Below are positions 50,563 to 60,864 of a DNA stretch of 63,988 nt, piece by piece. The position numbers and the translations under genes are program-made. The notes under the pieces were generated by a model. That model searched no databases. It was given only the letters and a program-made list of their open reading frames with translations, and was not told the DNA's origin. The stretch covers positions 1 through 63,988 of the forward strand of contig DRLM01000077.1 of the NCBI GenBank assembly GCA_011375345.1, read 5' to 3'. Source of the stretch: Gammaproteobacteria bacterium (lineage in GTDB: Bacteria > Pseudomonadota > Gammaproteobacteria > DRLM01). Every line of letters starts with the position of its first letter. The first letter of the stretch is position 1.

Positions 50563-52974
50563 ATGAGTCCCCTAGTCAAAGTCTTCCGCTTCGCTGTGTA
50601 CATGGCGCTGGGATTGATGCTGCTCGGCGCCGTCACGGCAGCCGGGGTATATTACTACCTGGCGCCCCAGCTCCCCGATATTGAACAACTCAAAGATGTG
50701 CGTTTCCAGGTCCCTCTCAGGGTGTACACCCGCGAGGGACGGCTGATTGGCGAGTTCGGCGAAATGAAGCGCACCCCTATCACCATCGCGGACGTCCCCG
50801 CGGGCATGATCAACGCGGTCACCGCGGTGGAGGACGACCGCTTTTTCCATCATCCCGGCGTCGACTACCAGGGTTTGATGCGGGCGGCGTGGAAATTGCT
50901 GCTGACCGGCAAGAAAACCCAGGGGGGCAGCACCATCACCATGCAGGTTGCGCGCAACTTTTTTCTCACCAGGGAAAAAACTTATCTGCGTAAGCTCACG
51001 GAGATTCTGCTGGCGTTCAAAATTGAGCGCCAGTTGAGCAAAACGGAAATTCTGGAACTTTATCTCAACAAAATCTTCTACGGCCACCGGGCCTACGGCG
51101 CCGGCGCCGCCGCACAAGTGTACTACGGAAAACCGCTGAAAGAACTGTCCCTGGCGGAAATGGCCATGCTGGCGGGTATTCCCCAGGCGCCCTCGCTGTA
51201 CAACCCGGTGACGGACCCCGCAGCCGCCCTCAAGCGCCGCAACCACGTGCTCAGGCGCATGCTGGAGGTGGGCCATATCGATCAGGAGGCGTATGAGCAG
51301 GCCAGGGCCCGCCCCATCGTCGCCCGCCTCCACAGCCTGCCCATCGAAGTGGACGCCGCCTTTGTAGCCGAGCAGGTGCGGGCCGACATTGTGGCGCGCT
51401 ACGGCGAAAATGCCGCCTACACCGCCGGCTACCGGGTGTACACCACCCTGGACGGCGACCGTCAGACGGCCGCCAACAAGGCCCTTCACAAAGCGCTGCT
51501 GGCCTACGACCGCCGCCATGGCTACCGTGGCCCGGAAGGCCATGCAAAACTGAGCCGCGAAAGCGGGCCTGAGCAGTGGGACAAGATTCTGGCCTCGCGC
51601 CGGGTGGTGGGAGGACTGCAACCCGCGGTGGTGATTGCCGTCGAACAAAAGCAGGCGGTCGCCTACCTGCCGTCCGGGGAGTCGGTGATCATACCCTGGA
51701 AGGGCCTGAAATGGGCCCGGCCGCGCATCGACAAAAAACGCATGGGACGCGCGCCGAAAACGGCCGCCGACGTGCTGGCGGTGGGGGATGTGATCCGGGT
51801 GGAACAGGGCAAGCCCCCCATGCTGGCCCAGATCCCCGAAGTGGAGGGCGCACTGGTCTCGCTGCGGGCCGACGACGGCGCGGTGCTGGCCCTGGTGGGG
51901 GGGTTCGACTTCGACCGCAACAAGTTCAACCGTGCCACCCAGGCCCGGCGCCAGCCCGGTTCCAGTTTCAAGCCTTTCATCTACTCCTCGGCGCTGGAAC
52001 ACGGCATGACCCCCGCCACGCTGATCAACGACGCCCCGGTGGTGTTCAATGACGCCAGCCTGGAACAAGCCTGGCGACCCGAGAATTACAGCGGCCGGAT
52101 TTTCGGCCCCACCCGCTTGCGCGAGGCCCTGGTGAACTCCCGTAATCTGGTATCCATCCGGGTGTTGCGTGCCGTAGGCATCGACAACACGCTGGACCAC
52201 GTCGCCCGCTTCGGCTTCAACAAGGCGGAACTGCCCCGCAATTTGTCCCTGGCCCTGGGCAGCGGTGCCGTGGCGCCCATCACGCTGGCCCGGGCTTACG
52301 CCGTGTTCGCCAACGGTGGTTTCGCGGTGGAACCCTATTACATCCAGCGGGTGGAGGACGAAAATGGCCAGACTCTGGAGCAGGCCCACCCCGCCACGGT
52401 GTGCAAGGAATGCGAGGCCCTGCATGTGAGCGACACCGGCCGCCGCGGCCTGCCGCTGGCACCGCGGGTCATCAGCCCGCAGAACGCCTATCTCATGACC
52501 ACCATGATGCGGGACGTGATCCGCCGCGGCACCGGACGCCACGCCCGCAGCCTGGGGCGTACGGATATCGCCGGCAAAACCGGTACCACCAACGACCAGC
52601 GGGATGCCTGGTTCGCCGGCTTCAATCCCCGGGTGGTGGCAGTGGCCTGGGTGGGTTTCGACGACACCCGCCCCCTGGGTGGCCGGGAGACCGGTGGCCG
52701 CGCCGCGTTGCCCATGTGGATCGACTACATGCGCGTGGCCCTGCGCAATCTGCGCCAACGGCCGTTGGAACAGCCGCCGGGCCTGGTCACGGTGCGCATC
52801 GACCCGGCCACCGGCCTGGTCACTGACGCGGCGGATCCCAAGGCGATGTTTGAGACATTCCGCGCCGGCCATGTGCCACCCCGCAGAAGTCCCCGCGCCC
52901 GCGCGGTGGAGCTTGAGCCGGATTCGCAGTCCGGCGGCGGCACCGGCAGCCCCGCCCCGGAACAGCTGTTCTGA
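50563..52974 (+). CDS. mrcA: Penicillin-binding protein 1A (bifunctional transglycosylase/transpeptidase)
   Basis: N-terminal TM. Glycosyltransferase motifs EDDRFFHHPGVD, GGSTITMQVARN, RKLTEILLAFKIE. Transpeptidase motifs SSFKPF, SRN, KTGTTN. Divergent from pilM. Confidence 0.95.
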   Translation: MSPLVKVFRFAVYMALGLMLLGAVTAAGVYYYLAPQLPDIEQLKDVRFQVPLRVYTREGRLIGEFGEMKRTPITIADVPAGMINAVTAVEDDRFFHHPGVDYQGLMRAAWKLLLTGKKTQGGSTITMQVARNFFLTREKTYLRKLTEILLAFKIERQLSKTEILELYLNKIFYGHRAYGAGAAAQVYYGKPLKELSLAEMAMLAGIPQAPSLYNPVTDPAAALKRRNHVLRRMLEVGHIDQEAYEQARARPIVARLHSLPIEVDAAFVAEQVRADIVARYGENAAYTAGYRVYTTLDGDRQTAANKALHKALLAYDRRHGYRGPEGHAKLSRESGPEQWDKILASRRVVGGLQPAVVIAVEQKQAVAYLPSGESVIIPWKGLKWARPRIDKKRMGRAPKTAADVLAVGDVIRVEQGKPPMLAQIPEVEGALVSLRADDGAVLALVGGFDFDRNKFNRATQARRQPGSSFKPFIYSSALEHGMTPATLINDAPVVFNDASLEQAWRPENYSGRIFGPTRLREALVNSRNLVSIRVLRAVGIDNTLDHVARFGFNKAELPRNLSLALGSGAVAPITLARAYAVFANGGFAVEPYYIQRVEDENGQTLEQAHPATVCKECEALHVSDTGRRGLPLAPRVISPQNAYLMTTMMRDVIRRGTGRHARSLGRTDIAGKTGTTNDQRDAWFAGFNPRVVAVAWVGFDDTRPLGGRETGGRAALPMWIDYMRVALRNLRQRPLEQPPGLVTVRIDPATGLVTDAADPKAMFETFRAGHVPPRRSPRARAVELEPDSQSGGGTGSPAPEQLF

Positions 52975-52979
52975 CGCCC

Positions 52980-53615
52980 ATGAGCAGGCATGCTTCCGGG
53001 GACGCAGGCCGCGACAGCCGCATGCGCCGGCTGCTGGCCCGGGAGGCGGCGCGCATCATGGCGGAGGAAGGGGAAGGGGACTTTTATCGCGCCAAGCACA
53101 GGGCCGCGGTGCGACTGCAGGCAAGCAATACCCGCCATCTGCCCCGCAACGAAGAGATCGAACAGGCGCTGGTGGACTATCAGCGCCTGTTTTTCGGGGA
53201 GGACCAACACGCCCTGGTCCAACAGCTGCGCCGGGTCGCCCTGGAAGCCATGGCCTTTTTTCAGGCCTTCCAGCCACGGCTGACGGGGCCGGTGCTGCGG
53301 GGCACCGCCACGGTGCACAGCCCCGTCACCCTGCACCTGTTTGCCGACACCCCGGAAGAGGTCAGCGTCTTTTTGCTGAATAACAACATCCCCTTTGCTC
53401 ATCACGAACAGTCTTTCACGCTGATGAGCGGCGCGGCCGGCACGGCCCTGGCCTTCAGCGTCGCGGCAAACGACGTGGACATGGAGCTGGTGGTCTTTCC
53501 CACCACCTGGATCAGCCGCCCTTTGCGCAGCCCGGTGGACGGGCGGGCTGAGCGGCGGGCCCCGGCCAGGGAGGTGCGGGCGCTGCTGGAAGAGTGTGAC
53601 GACAAGGGCGGCTGA
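52980..53615 (+). CDS. Hypothetical protein (possibly a degenerate nucleotidyltransferase-fold protein)
   Basis: Starts 5 nt after the PBP1A stop and the codon pattern is coding-like. LTGPVLRGTATVHSPVTLHLFAD loosely resembles the GSxxRGxxxxxSDxD motif of minimal nucleotidyltransferases, but without the acidic residues. Confidence 0.55.
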   Translation: MSRHASGDAGRDSRMRRLLAREAARIMAEEGEGDFYRAKHRAAVRLQASNTRHLPRNEEIEQALVDYQRLFFGEDQHALVQQLRRVALEAMAFFQAFQPRLTGPVLRGTATVHSPVTLHLFADTPEEVSVFLLNNNIPFAHHEQSFTLMSGAAGTALAFSVAANDVDMELVVFPTTWISRPLRSPVDGRAERRAPAREVRALLEECDDKGG

Positions 53616-53617
53616 AC

Positions 53618-56014
53618 TCAGCCCGGCTCCAGCAGCTGCGCGGCCAGTGGGCGGTATTGCAGGCCGTAGAACATCTCCAGATAGCGGCGGGTCTCGTCGC
53701 GCTCCAGATTGGTCACGTATTTCCAAAACCCGTAGATCCGTGACAGGGTCATCATCCGTTCAGCGTACAGCTTCCAGGTGTATCGGCTTTCCACCCGCCT
53801 GAGGGCGCCCTCAGAGATCTGCCGCCAGTAATCCGGCTCCGTGGCCGAGCGCTGGAAAAAACCGGCCATGATCTCGGCGGCGATATCGCCGTGGTTGGGG
53901 TCGATGTGGAAACCGGAGACGCCGTTTTCGATGATCTCCAAAGGACCGCCGTAGAGGGTGGCGAAGGTGGGCAGTCCCGAGGCCATGGCTTCGATGACGG
54001 TCAGGCCGAAGGCCTCGAACAGTGCCGGCTGCACGAAGGCGCCCCGGCGGTCGGCCACGTAGCGATACAACTCGCCGGTCAGACGCTTCTCCAGCCGCAG
54101 GCCCAGCCAGCGCACCTGGCCGTCCAGGCCGTGCTGGTCGAACAACTCGTGCATGCGGTGGATCTGCGCCTGCTCTTCAGCGTCGCCGGATTCTGCCGGG
54201 TCCACATAGCCGGCCACCAGCACCAGGTTGGCCTGTTCCCGCAAGGCCGCGGAACGGCCGTACCAGTCCACCAGGCCGGTGATGTTCTTGATCCGGTCCA
54301 GCCGGGCCATGGTGAAGATTATGGGCTTGTCCGGTTCGCTTAGCTGGCCGCGGCTGTGGGGCTGGCCGGGGTGAAAAATCAGCGCTTCGATATCTTCATG
54401 CAGACGGTGCAGGCGCCGCTCGCTGTCGCTGTAAGGGAAATACACCTCGGCGTCGGCCCCGGGGGAGACGATGTTGAATTTGGGATCGAAGGGATCCATG
54501 CCCCGCACCACCCGGTAGAGACCGGGCATGGTAAAGGCGCTGTAGCTTTCATACTGCCCCACGCTGTCTTCGCGCCCGGCGATTTCCTGGTAGGTGCTGG
54601 TAATAATGAAGTCGGCCGCGTTCATGGCGATGAGGTCGGCGGTGAACTGGCAGCTGAAATGGTACTGGGGCTCATTGTCCCGCCAGTACAGATCGGACAT
54701 GAGGTATTTGGTTTTTTCCAGCGCATGGGCGATGTTGCACTGGGTGACCCGCAGGCGCTGGGCCAGCAGGGTGGCCACCAGATTGCCGTCGGAATAGTTG
54801 CCGATGATCAAATCCGGCCGGTGGCCCAGTTCCGCCAGGATTTCGGTCTCCACTTCTTCGGCGAAACGCTCCACATAAGGCCAGATCTCGAAGCGGGAAA
54901 TCCACTGGGGAATGATCTCGCCACTCTCGCTGCGAAAGGGCACCCGCAGGATGCGGGCATTCCGGGTGCCGTGAATGTCCTCCAGACGCTGATGACAACT
55001 GGTGTTCTCCGGCGCCTCCGGTATCAGACGGGTCACCACCAGTATTTGCGGCTCAATATCCAGGCCCTGCTCCTGCAAGCGGCGGCGCATTTCCTTTTCA
55101 ACCGCCCGCACCTGGTCGAGAATGTAGACCACCTGGCCGCCGGTGTCGGGCAAGCCCAGCACATTGGCCTGACCGAAATAGCCGTGGGGCGAGAGGATGA
55201 CCAGGTTGAAAATCATGGGCACCCGGCTGAGGAAGCGCTCCAGCTGGGTCGGATCAGGGGCTTCCAGAATGTCGGACAGCAGGCTCAGGGTGTCGCGCAT
55301 GCGCTCCACCGTGCGCCCCCAGCCCGGCTCCAGCCCCAGCCCCTGGAGGTGATGGCCCACGGTGTCCCAGGTGTCGTCGGCACTGTGCTTGCGCAGATAC
55401 TCGTCGGCGTGGCGCAGGCGGCGGCGCAGCTCGGAGAGGTCTTTGACGCGCTCGTTGAGCATCAACTGCTGACCGTGACATTGATGCACCCGCAAGAAGT
55501 CCAGCAAACGGCTGTTGCCCTTGCCCAGCTCCTCGAACAGGCCGCTGGACAGACGGCGGTTCAAAAACTCCACTCCCCGGCCGATGGAACGGGACTCGCG
55601 CAGGCGGGGGAATTCCCGGTTGAAGGGACCGATGTCGAATTCCAGTGTCCAGGGTTGAGACTGATGGCCCGATACCAGCTGCTCTTTGAACTGCAGGTAA
55701 TCCGACACCGACACCGCTTCGGCTTTCAGGGTCTCGGCGTGAATGCGGAAATAACGCCAGCGCGCCACATAGCGGCGGGTGGCGATATACATCCACGGAG
55801 CGCCCACCGCCGCCTCCTGGGTGCTGTGGATGGTTTCGGCCAGGGGTGAATCCAGCAGCGCGGTTTCATTTTCCGTTTCACAAAAGGAAATGAAAGTGTC
55901 CCACAGCTCCGAACGCAACAAAAACGGCCGGCCTATGCCCAGGTAGCGCCGCATCAACAAATAAGCGGATTCGCGGTAACGCTGCATGAATTGTGTTATG
56001 GATGCTTCGATCAT
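53618..56014 (-). CDS. Sucrose synthase (GT4; 798 aa)
   Basis: Length and pattern fit sucrose synthase. N-terminal regulatory region (...[18 protein letters not shown]...LQ..L..AEEYL). GT-B core ([72 protein letters not shown]). Confidence 0.9.
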   Translation of the reverse strand: MIEASITQFMQRYRESAYLLMRRYLGIGRPFLLRSELWDTFISFCETENETALLDSPLAETIHSTQEAAVGAPWMYIATRRYVARWRYFRIHAETLKAEAVSVSDYLQFKEQLVSGHQSQPWTLEFDIGPFNREFPRLRESRSIGRGVEFLNRRLSSGLFEELGKGNSRLLDFLRVHQCHGQQLMLNERVKDLSELRRRLRHADEYLRKHSADDTWDTVGHHLQGLGLEPGWGRTVERMRDTLSLLSDILEAPDPTQLERFLSRVPMIFNLVILSPHGYFGQANVLGLPDTGGQVVYILDQVRAVEKEMRRRLQEQGLDIEPQILVVTRLIPEAPENTSCHQRLEDIHGTRNARILRVPFRSESGEIIPQWISRFEIWPYVERFAEEVETEILAELGHRPDLIIGNYSDGNLVATLLAQRLRVTQCNIAHALEKTKYLMSDLYWRDNEPQYHFSCQFTADLIAMNAADFIITSTYQEIAGREDSVGQYESYSAFTMPGLYRVVRGMDPFDPKFNIVSPGADAEVYFPYSDSERRLHRLHEDIEALIFHPGQPHSRGQLSEPDKPIIFTMARLDRIKNITGLVDWYGRSAALREQANLVLVAGYVDPAESGDAEEQAQIHRMHELFDQHGLDGQVRWLGLRLEKRLTGELYRYVADRRGAFVQPALFEAFGLTVIEAMASGLPTFATLYGGPLEIIENGVSGFHIDPNHGDIAAEIMAGFFQRSATEPDYWRQISEGALRRVESRYTWKLYAERMMTLSRIYGFWKYVTNLERDETRRYLEMFYGLQYRPLAAQLLEPG

Positions 56015-58173
56015 GCGTCCTCGCTTTGCTCTTCCGGCGCCCGCAGGGCGCCAAAGAAATCGTAATGGTCCAAGCCTTCCAAAATACCCCAGGCGTAGGG
56101 TTTTTCGGCGAAATAAATGCGCTCATGGCCGCGCAGACGGTCCAGTTCCGGACTGTGGTTGGCCACCACCACCCCCAGGGTGTTGCCGCTGAGCATTTCC
56201 TCGTCGTTGCCGGCGTCACCGACCACCAGGATACGATCCACCGGCAGAGCCCATTTCATGGCCAGATACCGCACCGCCCCCCCCTTGGAGGCACGCACCG
56301 GCAGGAGGTCCAGAAACATGCGGTGGGAGCAGACCACGTTGACATGCAAACCCTGCTGACGCAAATGGCGGCTGATGTCGGCCACCGAGGGGGCCTTCTT
56401 GGTATCGATGAAATAACTGATTTTATAAGTGCGCTGCTCTTCCGCCCCCTGCAGACGCAAACCGGGGATGCCCTGCATCGCCGCGCGCACACGCTCGGGC
56501 TCCCAACGGTAATCGATATGGCGCTGATAGCCCACGTCGGGAATCAGGCGCGCGCCATAGTGAATCTCGGTGCCCACCGAGGTGATGATGATGTCCGGTG
56601 GCGGCACGTGCCATTCTTTCAAGGCTTTCAACGCGCTGTCCAGGCGACGGCCGGTGGCGATGCCAAAACCGAACTCGGCATCGTGCTCCCGCAGCCGGGC
56701 CAACAAGGCGCGGAGCGCCTCTTCCTCGCCGATCAGGGTATTGTCCACATCGCAGATAAGAAAACGGTCGGACACCGGCAGCTTGCTCTTGGCCGGGGTG
56801 GTCAGGCGTTTGCGCTGGGACTTTTTGATCACTTTTCTGATGGCGCGCAGATAGGTGGCCACGTGCCCCTGCCAGGAGAAGTGCCGCGCCACGCCCGCCA
56901 GGCCCGCCCGGGACCAGCGCGTCCAGCGACGGCTGTCGCTCAAGGCCTCATACAGAGCGCGTCCCAGTTCGTCGGCGTCCAGGGGGTCAATAAGGACACC
57001 GTTCTTGCAGTAGCGGAGGATATCTTTGGGCCCGCCGTCCTCGGTGGCCACCACCGGCAGGCCGCTGGCCGCCGCCTCGATCAGGGTCAGGCCGAAGGGC
57101 TCGGTGAGGGCGGGATTGACAAACACCCCGCGGGACTTGGCGGCCAGGCGGTAGAGCAGCGGCACATCCTGGGATTGGTGGTGCTTGGGATAGGCTGTCC
57201 GGCCGTACAAATCGTAGCGGTCGATCAACAACAGCAGTTCCTTGAGCACGGTGCGGGCACCCTTGTCCAGCGCCTCGATGTCATCCCGGTTGCCGGCAAT
57301 CAGTACCAGATTGGCGATCTCGCGCAGCCCGGGATGCTCGCCGTAGGCCCGCACCAGGGTAGCGATGTTTTTGCGTGGATCGGCCCGGGACAGGGCCAGG
57401 ATCATGGGTTTGCGCGGCTCTTTGAGAAAGCGGCTGAGTTCCTCGAAGACGGGCGGCCTGAAACGCCCCCGGCGCGGCGGGTAGAAGCGGTCCAGATCGA
57501 TGCCGGGGGGGATGACCACCATGGCCTTGGGATCGTAATTGTCGTAGATGGCGTATTGGCCCTCCACTTCCTGGCTGGTGCTGGCCACCACCACAGCAGC
57601 ATTGTCCAGGGCGAACTCTTCCGCCTCGATGCGCTGGGTGATGTTGTACTGACGTTCGATGGTTTCCGGCCTGACTCCCTGGTCTTCCAGGCGGCGCCGC
57701 TTTTCCCGCCCCAGGGAATGGCCGGTGTGCACCAGCGGCACGCCCAGCAGACCGGCCAGGCGCGCACCCACGTAGCCGGCGTCGGCATAGTGGCTGTGAA
57801 TGACATCGGGTACCCGGCCGATGCGGCGCAGGTGCTGGAGGGCGTGATCGGCAAAGCTGTCCAGATGGGGCCACAGCACCTCCTTGCGCAAATACCGGCG
57901 GGGACCACAAGGCAGGCGGATGATGTGGGCCTTGGGTTCGAGGGGCTCTTCCGGCACGGCGTAATCGGGATCCACTTTGGGATCCACCACGGCGCGGGTG
58001 AGCAGATCCACCCGCGCCACCTCCGGGTGACGGGCCAGGGCGCGGGCCAGCTCCACCACGTACTTGGTCTGGCCGCCGGTGTCGGCGTCCCGCCCCAGCT
58101 CCAGGTTGTGCCCACGGATCAGGCCGTGGACGCTGATCAGCATGAGGTATAAGCCGTTGCCCTCTGCGGTCAT
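56011..58173 (-). CDS. Sucrose-phosphate synthase with a C-terminal HAD (sucrose-phosphatase-like) domain
   Basis: [73 protein letters not shown], then a HAD domain beginning ICDVDNTL. Start ATG 58173 overlaps the fructokinase stop (ATGA); GTG 58182 is an alternative. Confidence 0.9.
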   Translation of the reverse strand: MTAEGNGLYLMLISVHGLIRGHNLELGRDADTGGQTKYVVELARALARHPEVARVDLLTRAVVDPKVDPDYAVPEEPLEPKAHIIRLPCGPRRYLRKEVLWPHLDSFADHALQHLRRIGRVPDVIHSHYADAGYVGARLAGLLGVPLVHTGHSLGREKRRRLEDQGVRPETIERQYNITQRIEAEEFALDNAAVVVASTSQEVEGQYAIYDNYDPKAMVVIPPGIDLDRFYPPRRGRFRPPVFEELSRFLKEPRKPMILALSRADPRKNIATLVRAYGEHPGLREIANLVLIAGNRDDIEALDKGARTVLKELLLLIDRYDLYGRTAYPKHHQSQDVPLLYRLAAKSRGVFVNPALTEPFGLTLIEAAASGLPVVATEDGGPKDILRYCKNGVLIDPLDADELGRALYEALSDSRRWTRWSRAGLAGVARHFSWQGHVATYLRAIRKVIKKSQRKRLTTPAKSKLPVSDRFLICDVDNTLIGEEEALRALLARLREHDAEFGFGIATGRRLDSALKALKEWHVPPPDIIITSVGTEIHYGARLIPDVGYQRHIDYRWEPERVRAAMQGIPGLRLQGAEEQRTYKISYFIDTKKAPSVADISRHLRQQGLHVNVVCSHRMFLDLLPVRASKGGAVRYLAMKWALPVDRILVVGDAGNDEEMLSGNTLGVVVANHSPELDRLRGHERIYFAEKPYAWGILEGLDHYDFFGALRAPEEQSEDA

Positions 58174-59069
58174 GCCTCCCACTTTCTCAATGTTTCCCGG
58201 TACAACTCATGATCGGGCGCGGTGGCACCCCGCTGGCGGCACAGCGCCGCGGCGAAAGCCACTGCCCGCTGGGCAACGGTTTCAAGCGGCCAGCCCTTGA
58301 TCAAGCCGGTCAACGTCACAGCGGCGAAGGCATCACCGGCGCCCACCGTGTCCACCACCTCGGCCACCACCGGGGGGGCCACGGTGAGCACCGTACCGGC
58401 GCTGCAAAACAGCGCCCCCTGTTCGCCCCGGGTGACCACCACCAGGGCAAGCTCGTAACACCGGCGCAAGCTGTCCGCGGCGGCGGCCAGCTCGGGGGCG
58501 GGAACGCTGTCGTGCCCCAGCACCGTGGCCAGTTCGTGGTGATTGAGTTTCACCCAGCGGGCGCCACCCAGGGCCCATTCCACCGTAGCCCGGTCCCACC
58601 AGGGGGGGCGCAGGTTGATGTCCACGAACACGCCCGCCGTGGCGTTATCGCGCAAAGAGGCCAGGGTTTCCCGGCTCCGGGCGGCGCGGGCGATCAGGCT
58701 GCCGTGATAGAGAAGAGCGGGGCCGGGCGGCAGTTGACCGGGCGGTTCAATAAAGTCGTAGGCCTGCTGGGGCAGGATATCAAAACTGGGCTCGCCGTCC
58801 TCCACGCTGACGCTCACCCTGCCGGTGGGATGGGCAGGGTCGATTTGAACCCCCGTGGTGTCCATCTGCCACGCCCCCATGGCGGCGAGCACCCGGCGGC
58901 CCAGCTCGTCGTCGCCCACCCGGCTGATAAAGCGGGGATTCAGCCCGAAGCCTGCCAGATGCCAGGCCACGTTGAACGGCGCCCCGCCCAAGACGACACT
59001 GCCGTCGGGAAACGTGTCGAACAGCACTTCACCAAAGATCAGCGGGCGGTGTGAATGAGCGGCGGGCAT
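58170..59069 (-). CDS. PfkB-family carbohydrate kinase (fructokinase)
   Basis: PLIFGEVLFDTFPDGSVVLGGAPFNVAWHLAGFG, and C-terminal VDTVGAGDAFAAV (PfkB signature 2). Start moved to ATG 59069, because the N-terminal extension of the track ORF runs through repeat copy 3. Confidence 0.85.
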   Translation of the reverse strand: MPAAHSHRPLIFGEVLFDTFPDGSVVLGGAPFNVAWHLAGFGLNPRFISRVGDDELGRRVLAAMGAWQMDTTGVQIDPAHPTGRVSVSVEDGEPSFDILPQQAYDFIEPPGQLPPGPALLYHGSLIARAARSRETLASLRDNATAGVFVDINLRPPWWDRATVEWALGGARWVKLNHHELATVLGHDSVPAPELAAAADSLRRCYELALVVVTRGEQGALFCSAGTVLTVAPPVVAEVVDTVGAGDAFAAVTLTGLIKGWPLETVAQRAVAFAAALCRQRGATAPDHELYRETLRKWEA

Positions 59070-59095
59070 GGTCACGGGCGTCCTTGGATTCCCTG

Positions 59096-59183
59096 TTGTT
59101 AACTCGGCAATCAAACAGCTCGTCCTGACCTGTTTGATGGTCACCTGCGAAATCCACCCGCCATTTGGCGACATGGCGGGCGG
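59096..59183 (+). repeat. Structured intergenic repeat, copy 3 (partial, left-end type)
   Basis: TTGTTAACTCGGCAATCAAACAGCTCGTCCTGACCTGTTTGATGGTCACCTGCGAAAT shares the core with copies 1 and 2. A second hairpin is CCCGCCAT-TTGGCGAC-ATGGCGGG (59157-59180). No right-end inverted repeat was found. Confidence 0.6.
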
Positions 59184-59435
59184 ACAGCTCATCAGCAGGA
59201 AAAGGCGCGGGCCTGCCGCACCCGGACTCCAGTTTTTCGCCTCGTTTGCGGATCCTTTTAAAACCTTAGCACTTCACCGGTAGGCGCTCAAACCAAGCGG
59301 CCCGGCGATCCGGCCGGCGCGCGGGCTGAATTTTTTGCCTTGCGCATCGGGACCCGGCCCTTTAGTTTATGGCACAGTCGGGAAATGAGCAGACCATCGC
59401 CGGACAGCCGGCCACACAGGGGAGATCAGCAGACC

Positions 59436-59918
59436 ATGAGCGAGCAAGCAGCGTATGAGCGGGTGTGTGCCTCGGTACTGGGCGCCGAACTGGATGCCGA
59501 TGAGTGCAGGGTGGTCGCCGGAGTCATGGGGGTGCGCCACCTGGGTGATGGTGAGGTGCTGGTCTCGGAAGGGGAAGAAGACACCGCGTTGTATCTCCTC
59601 GCCGAAGGCAAGCTGGGCGTGATCAGTGAGATCGACGGTCAGAACGTGCAGGTGTACACCATGTCCGAGGGGGAATGTGCCGGCACCCGTGCCTTCGTGG
59701 ACCGCTCGCCCCGCAAGGCCACCCTCAAAGCCGTCGGCAACGCCACCGTTTACGTGCTGCAGCCGGCGGCCTTCGAAAGCCTGCTCGACACCCACCCCCG
59801 CATTGTTTACCGAGTGATGCGCGCCCTGTTCCGCATCACCCACATGAACCTGATGCGCATGAACCTGGAAAGCCAGCAGCTCAGCAACTACATCACCAAG
59901 TCACATGGCCGCTACTGA
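59436..59918 (+). CDS. Stand-alone cyclic-nucleotide-binding (CAP effector) domain protein
   Basis: [24 protein letters not shown]...[22 protein letters not shown] fits the cNMP-binding beta-barrel and phosphate-binding cassette. There is no HTH domain. Start at ATG 59436. Confidence 0.75.
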   Translation: MSEQAAYERVCASVLGAELDADECRVVAGVMGVRHLGDGEVLVSEGEEDTALYLLAEGKLGVISEIDGQNVQVYTMSEGECAGTRAFVDRSPRKATLKAVGNATVYVLQPAAFESLLDTHPRIVYRVMRALFRITHMNLMRMNLESQQLSNYITKSHGRY

Positions 59919-60079
59919 GGGCAGTCCCCGTCCAGATAAAACCAGCGACCGTCTTCTTTTACAAAGCGGCTCACTTCGTGGAGCCGCCTGGCTTTTCCCC
60001 CGCCGGATTTGAAACGGGCCACGAATTCCACTCTCCCCACCGTGTCATCCACGCCACTGCCGCAGGGACAGGCGCTCAC
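59912..60079 (-). CDS. Short SEC-C-motif protein resembling a collapsed YchJ/UPF0225 protein (55 aa)
   Basis: CPCGSG (SEC-C metal-binding motif) joined directly to [10 protein letters not shown]....[21 protein letters not shown], the typical C-terminal half of the YchJ family. GTG 60079 overlaps the stop of the upstream hydrolase gene (GTGA). The start codon and functional status are uncertain. Confidence 0.45.
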   Translation of the reverse strand: MSACPCGSGVDDTVGRVEFVARFKSGGGKARRLHEVSRFVKEDGRWFYLDGDCPQ

Positions 60080-60864
60080 CGGAACACGTCCTCGAGAAAC
60101 GCTGCCATGGCGCGCCACGAGGCCAGATCGGCGGCGCGATTGTATTTCAAGGGCAGATTGAAACGGGTGCCGTATTCATCGGCGGCGGGATTGGTAAAAC
60201 TGTGCTGGGCGCCGCCATAGACAATGATGGTGTAGTCGGCCCCGGCCTGATTCATTTCCTGGATAAAGCCGGTGATCTGGGCGGGGGTCACAAAGGGATC
60301 GGCCCCGCCGTGGGCCACCAGTATCCTGGCCTTGACAGCCCCCGGCCGGGCCGGCTGGGAGGTGGCCAAGCTGCCGTGAAAGCTCACCACCCCTTGCAGA
60401 TCGGTGCCGATACGGGCCATGTGCAGCACCACACCGCCACCGAAGCAGTATCCGATGGCCGCAATTTTGTCAGGCAAGGCCAGGGGATGACGCCTGAGCA
60501 GCTCCAGCGCCGCCTTGAACCGGGCCTCCCCCAGGGGCAGATTGCGCGCGATTTCGGAGGAAAACTTCTGCGCATCCTCGGGATGGAGCGCCTGCCTGCC
60601 CTCACCGTACATATCCACCGCCAGGGCCACATAGCCCATCTGCGCCAACTGCCGCGCCCGCTGGCGGGCATACGCGTTGTGACCCCACCATTCGTGCACC
60701 ACCAGCACCCCGGGGCGCTTGCCGGCAAAGGCGTCGTCGTAGGCGACGTACCCCTTGAGCAGCGTCGCGCCGGCGCGGTAGTTCACCTCGGTGGCAATGA
60801 CCCCCGCCTGGGCGGGAAGAAAAGACATTGCGGCCCATAGCAGGGCAACGATGGGTCGTGTCAT
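60076..60864 (-). CDS. Dienelactone hydrolase family protein (secreted)
   Basis: Signal peptide [32 protein letters not shown]...[14 protein letters not shown], nucleophile region IGYCFGG, C-terminal GGAQHSF. AAGGAGAG Shine-Dalgarno sequence upstream. Confidence 0.85.
   Translation of the reverse strand: MTRPIVALLWAAMSFLPAQAGVIATEVNYRAGATLLKGYVAYDDAFAGKRPGVLVVHEWWGHNAYARQRARQLAQMGYVALAVDMYGEGRQALHPEDAQKFSSEIARNLPLGEARFKAALELLRRHPLALPDKIAAIGYCFGGGVVLHMARIGTDLQGVVSFHGSLATSQPARPGAVKARILVAHGGADPFVTPAQITGFIQEMNQAGADYTIIVYGGAQHSFTNPAADEYGTRFNLPLKYNRAADLASWRAMAAFLEDVFR

Noticed and set aside
50572-52872. 766-aa minus-strand ORF.
   Set aside because: It is antisense to the PBP1A gene, which carries SxxK, SxN and KTG motifs. 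The composition is that of a shadow ORF.
54356-58152. Plus-strand ORFs 54356..55849 (497 aa) and 55993..58152 (719 aa).
   Set aside because: They are antisense to sucrose synthase and sucrose-phosphate synthase and have no motifs of their own.
59070-59192. N-terminal 41-codon extension of the fructokinase ORF (MSCPPAMSPNGGWISQVTIKQVRTSCLIAELTT...).
   Set aside because: It is simply the translation of repeat copy 3. PfkB homology starts at MPAAHSHRPLIFGEV (ATG 59069).
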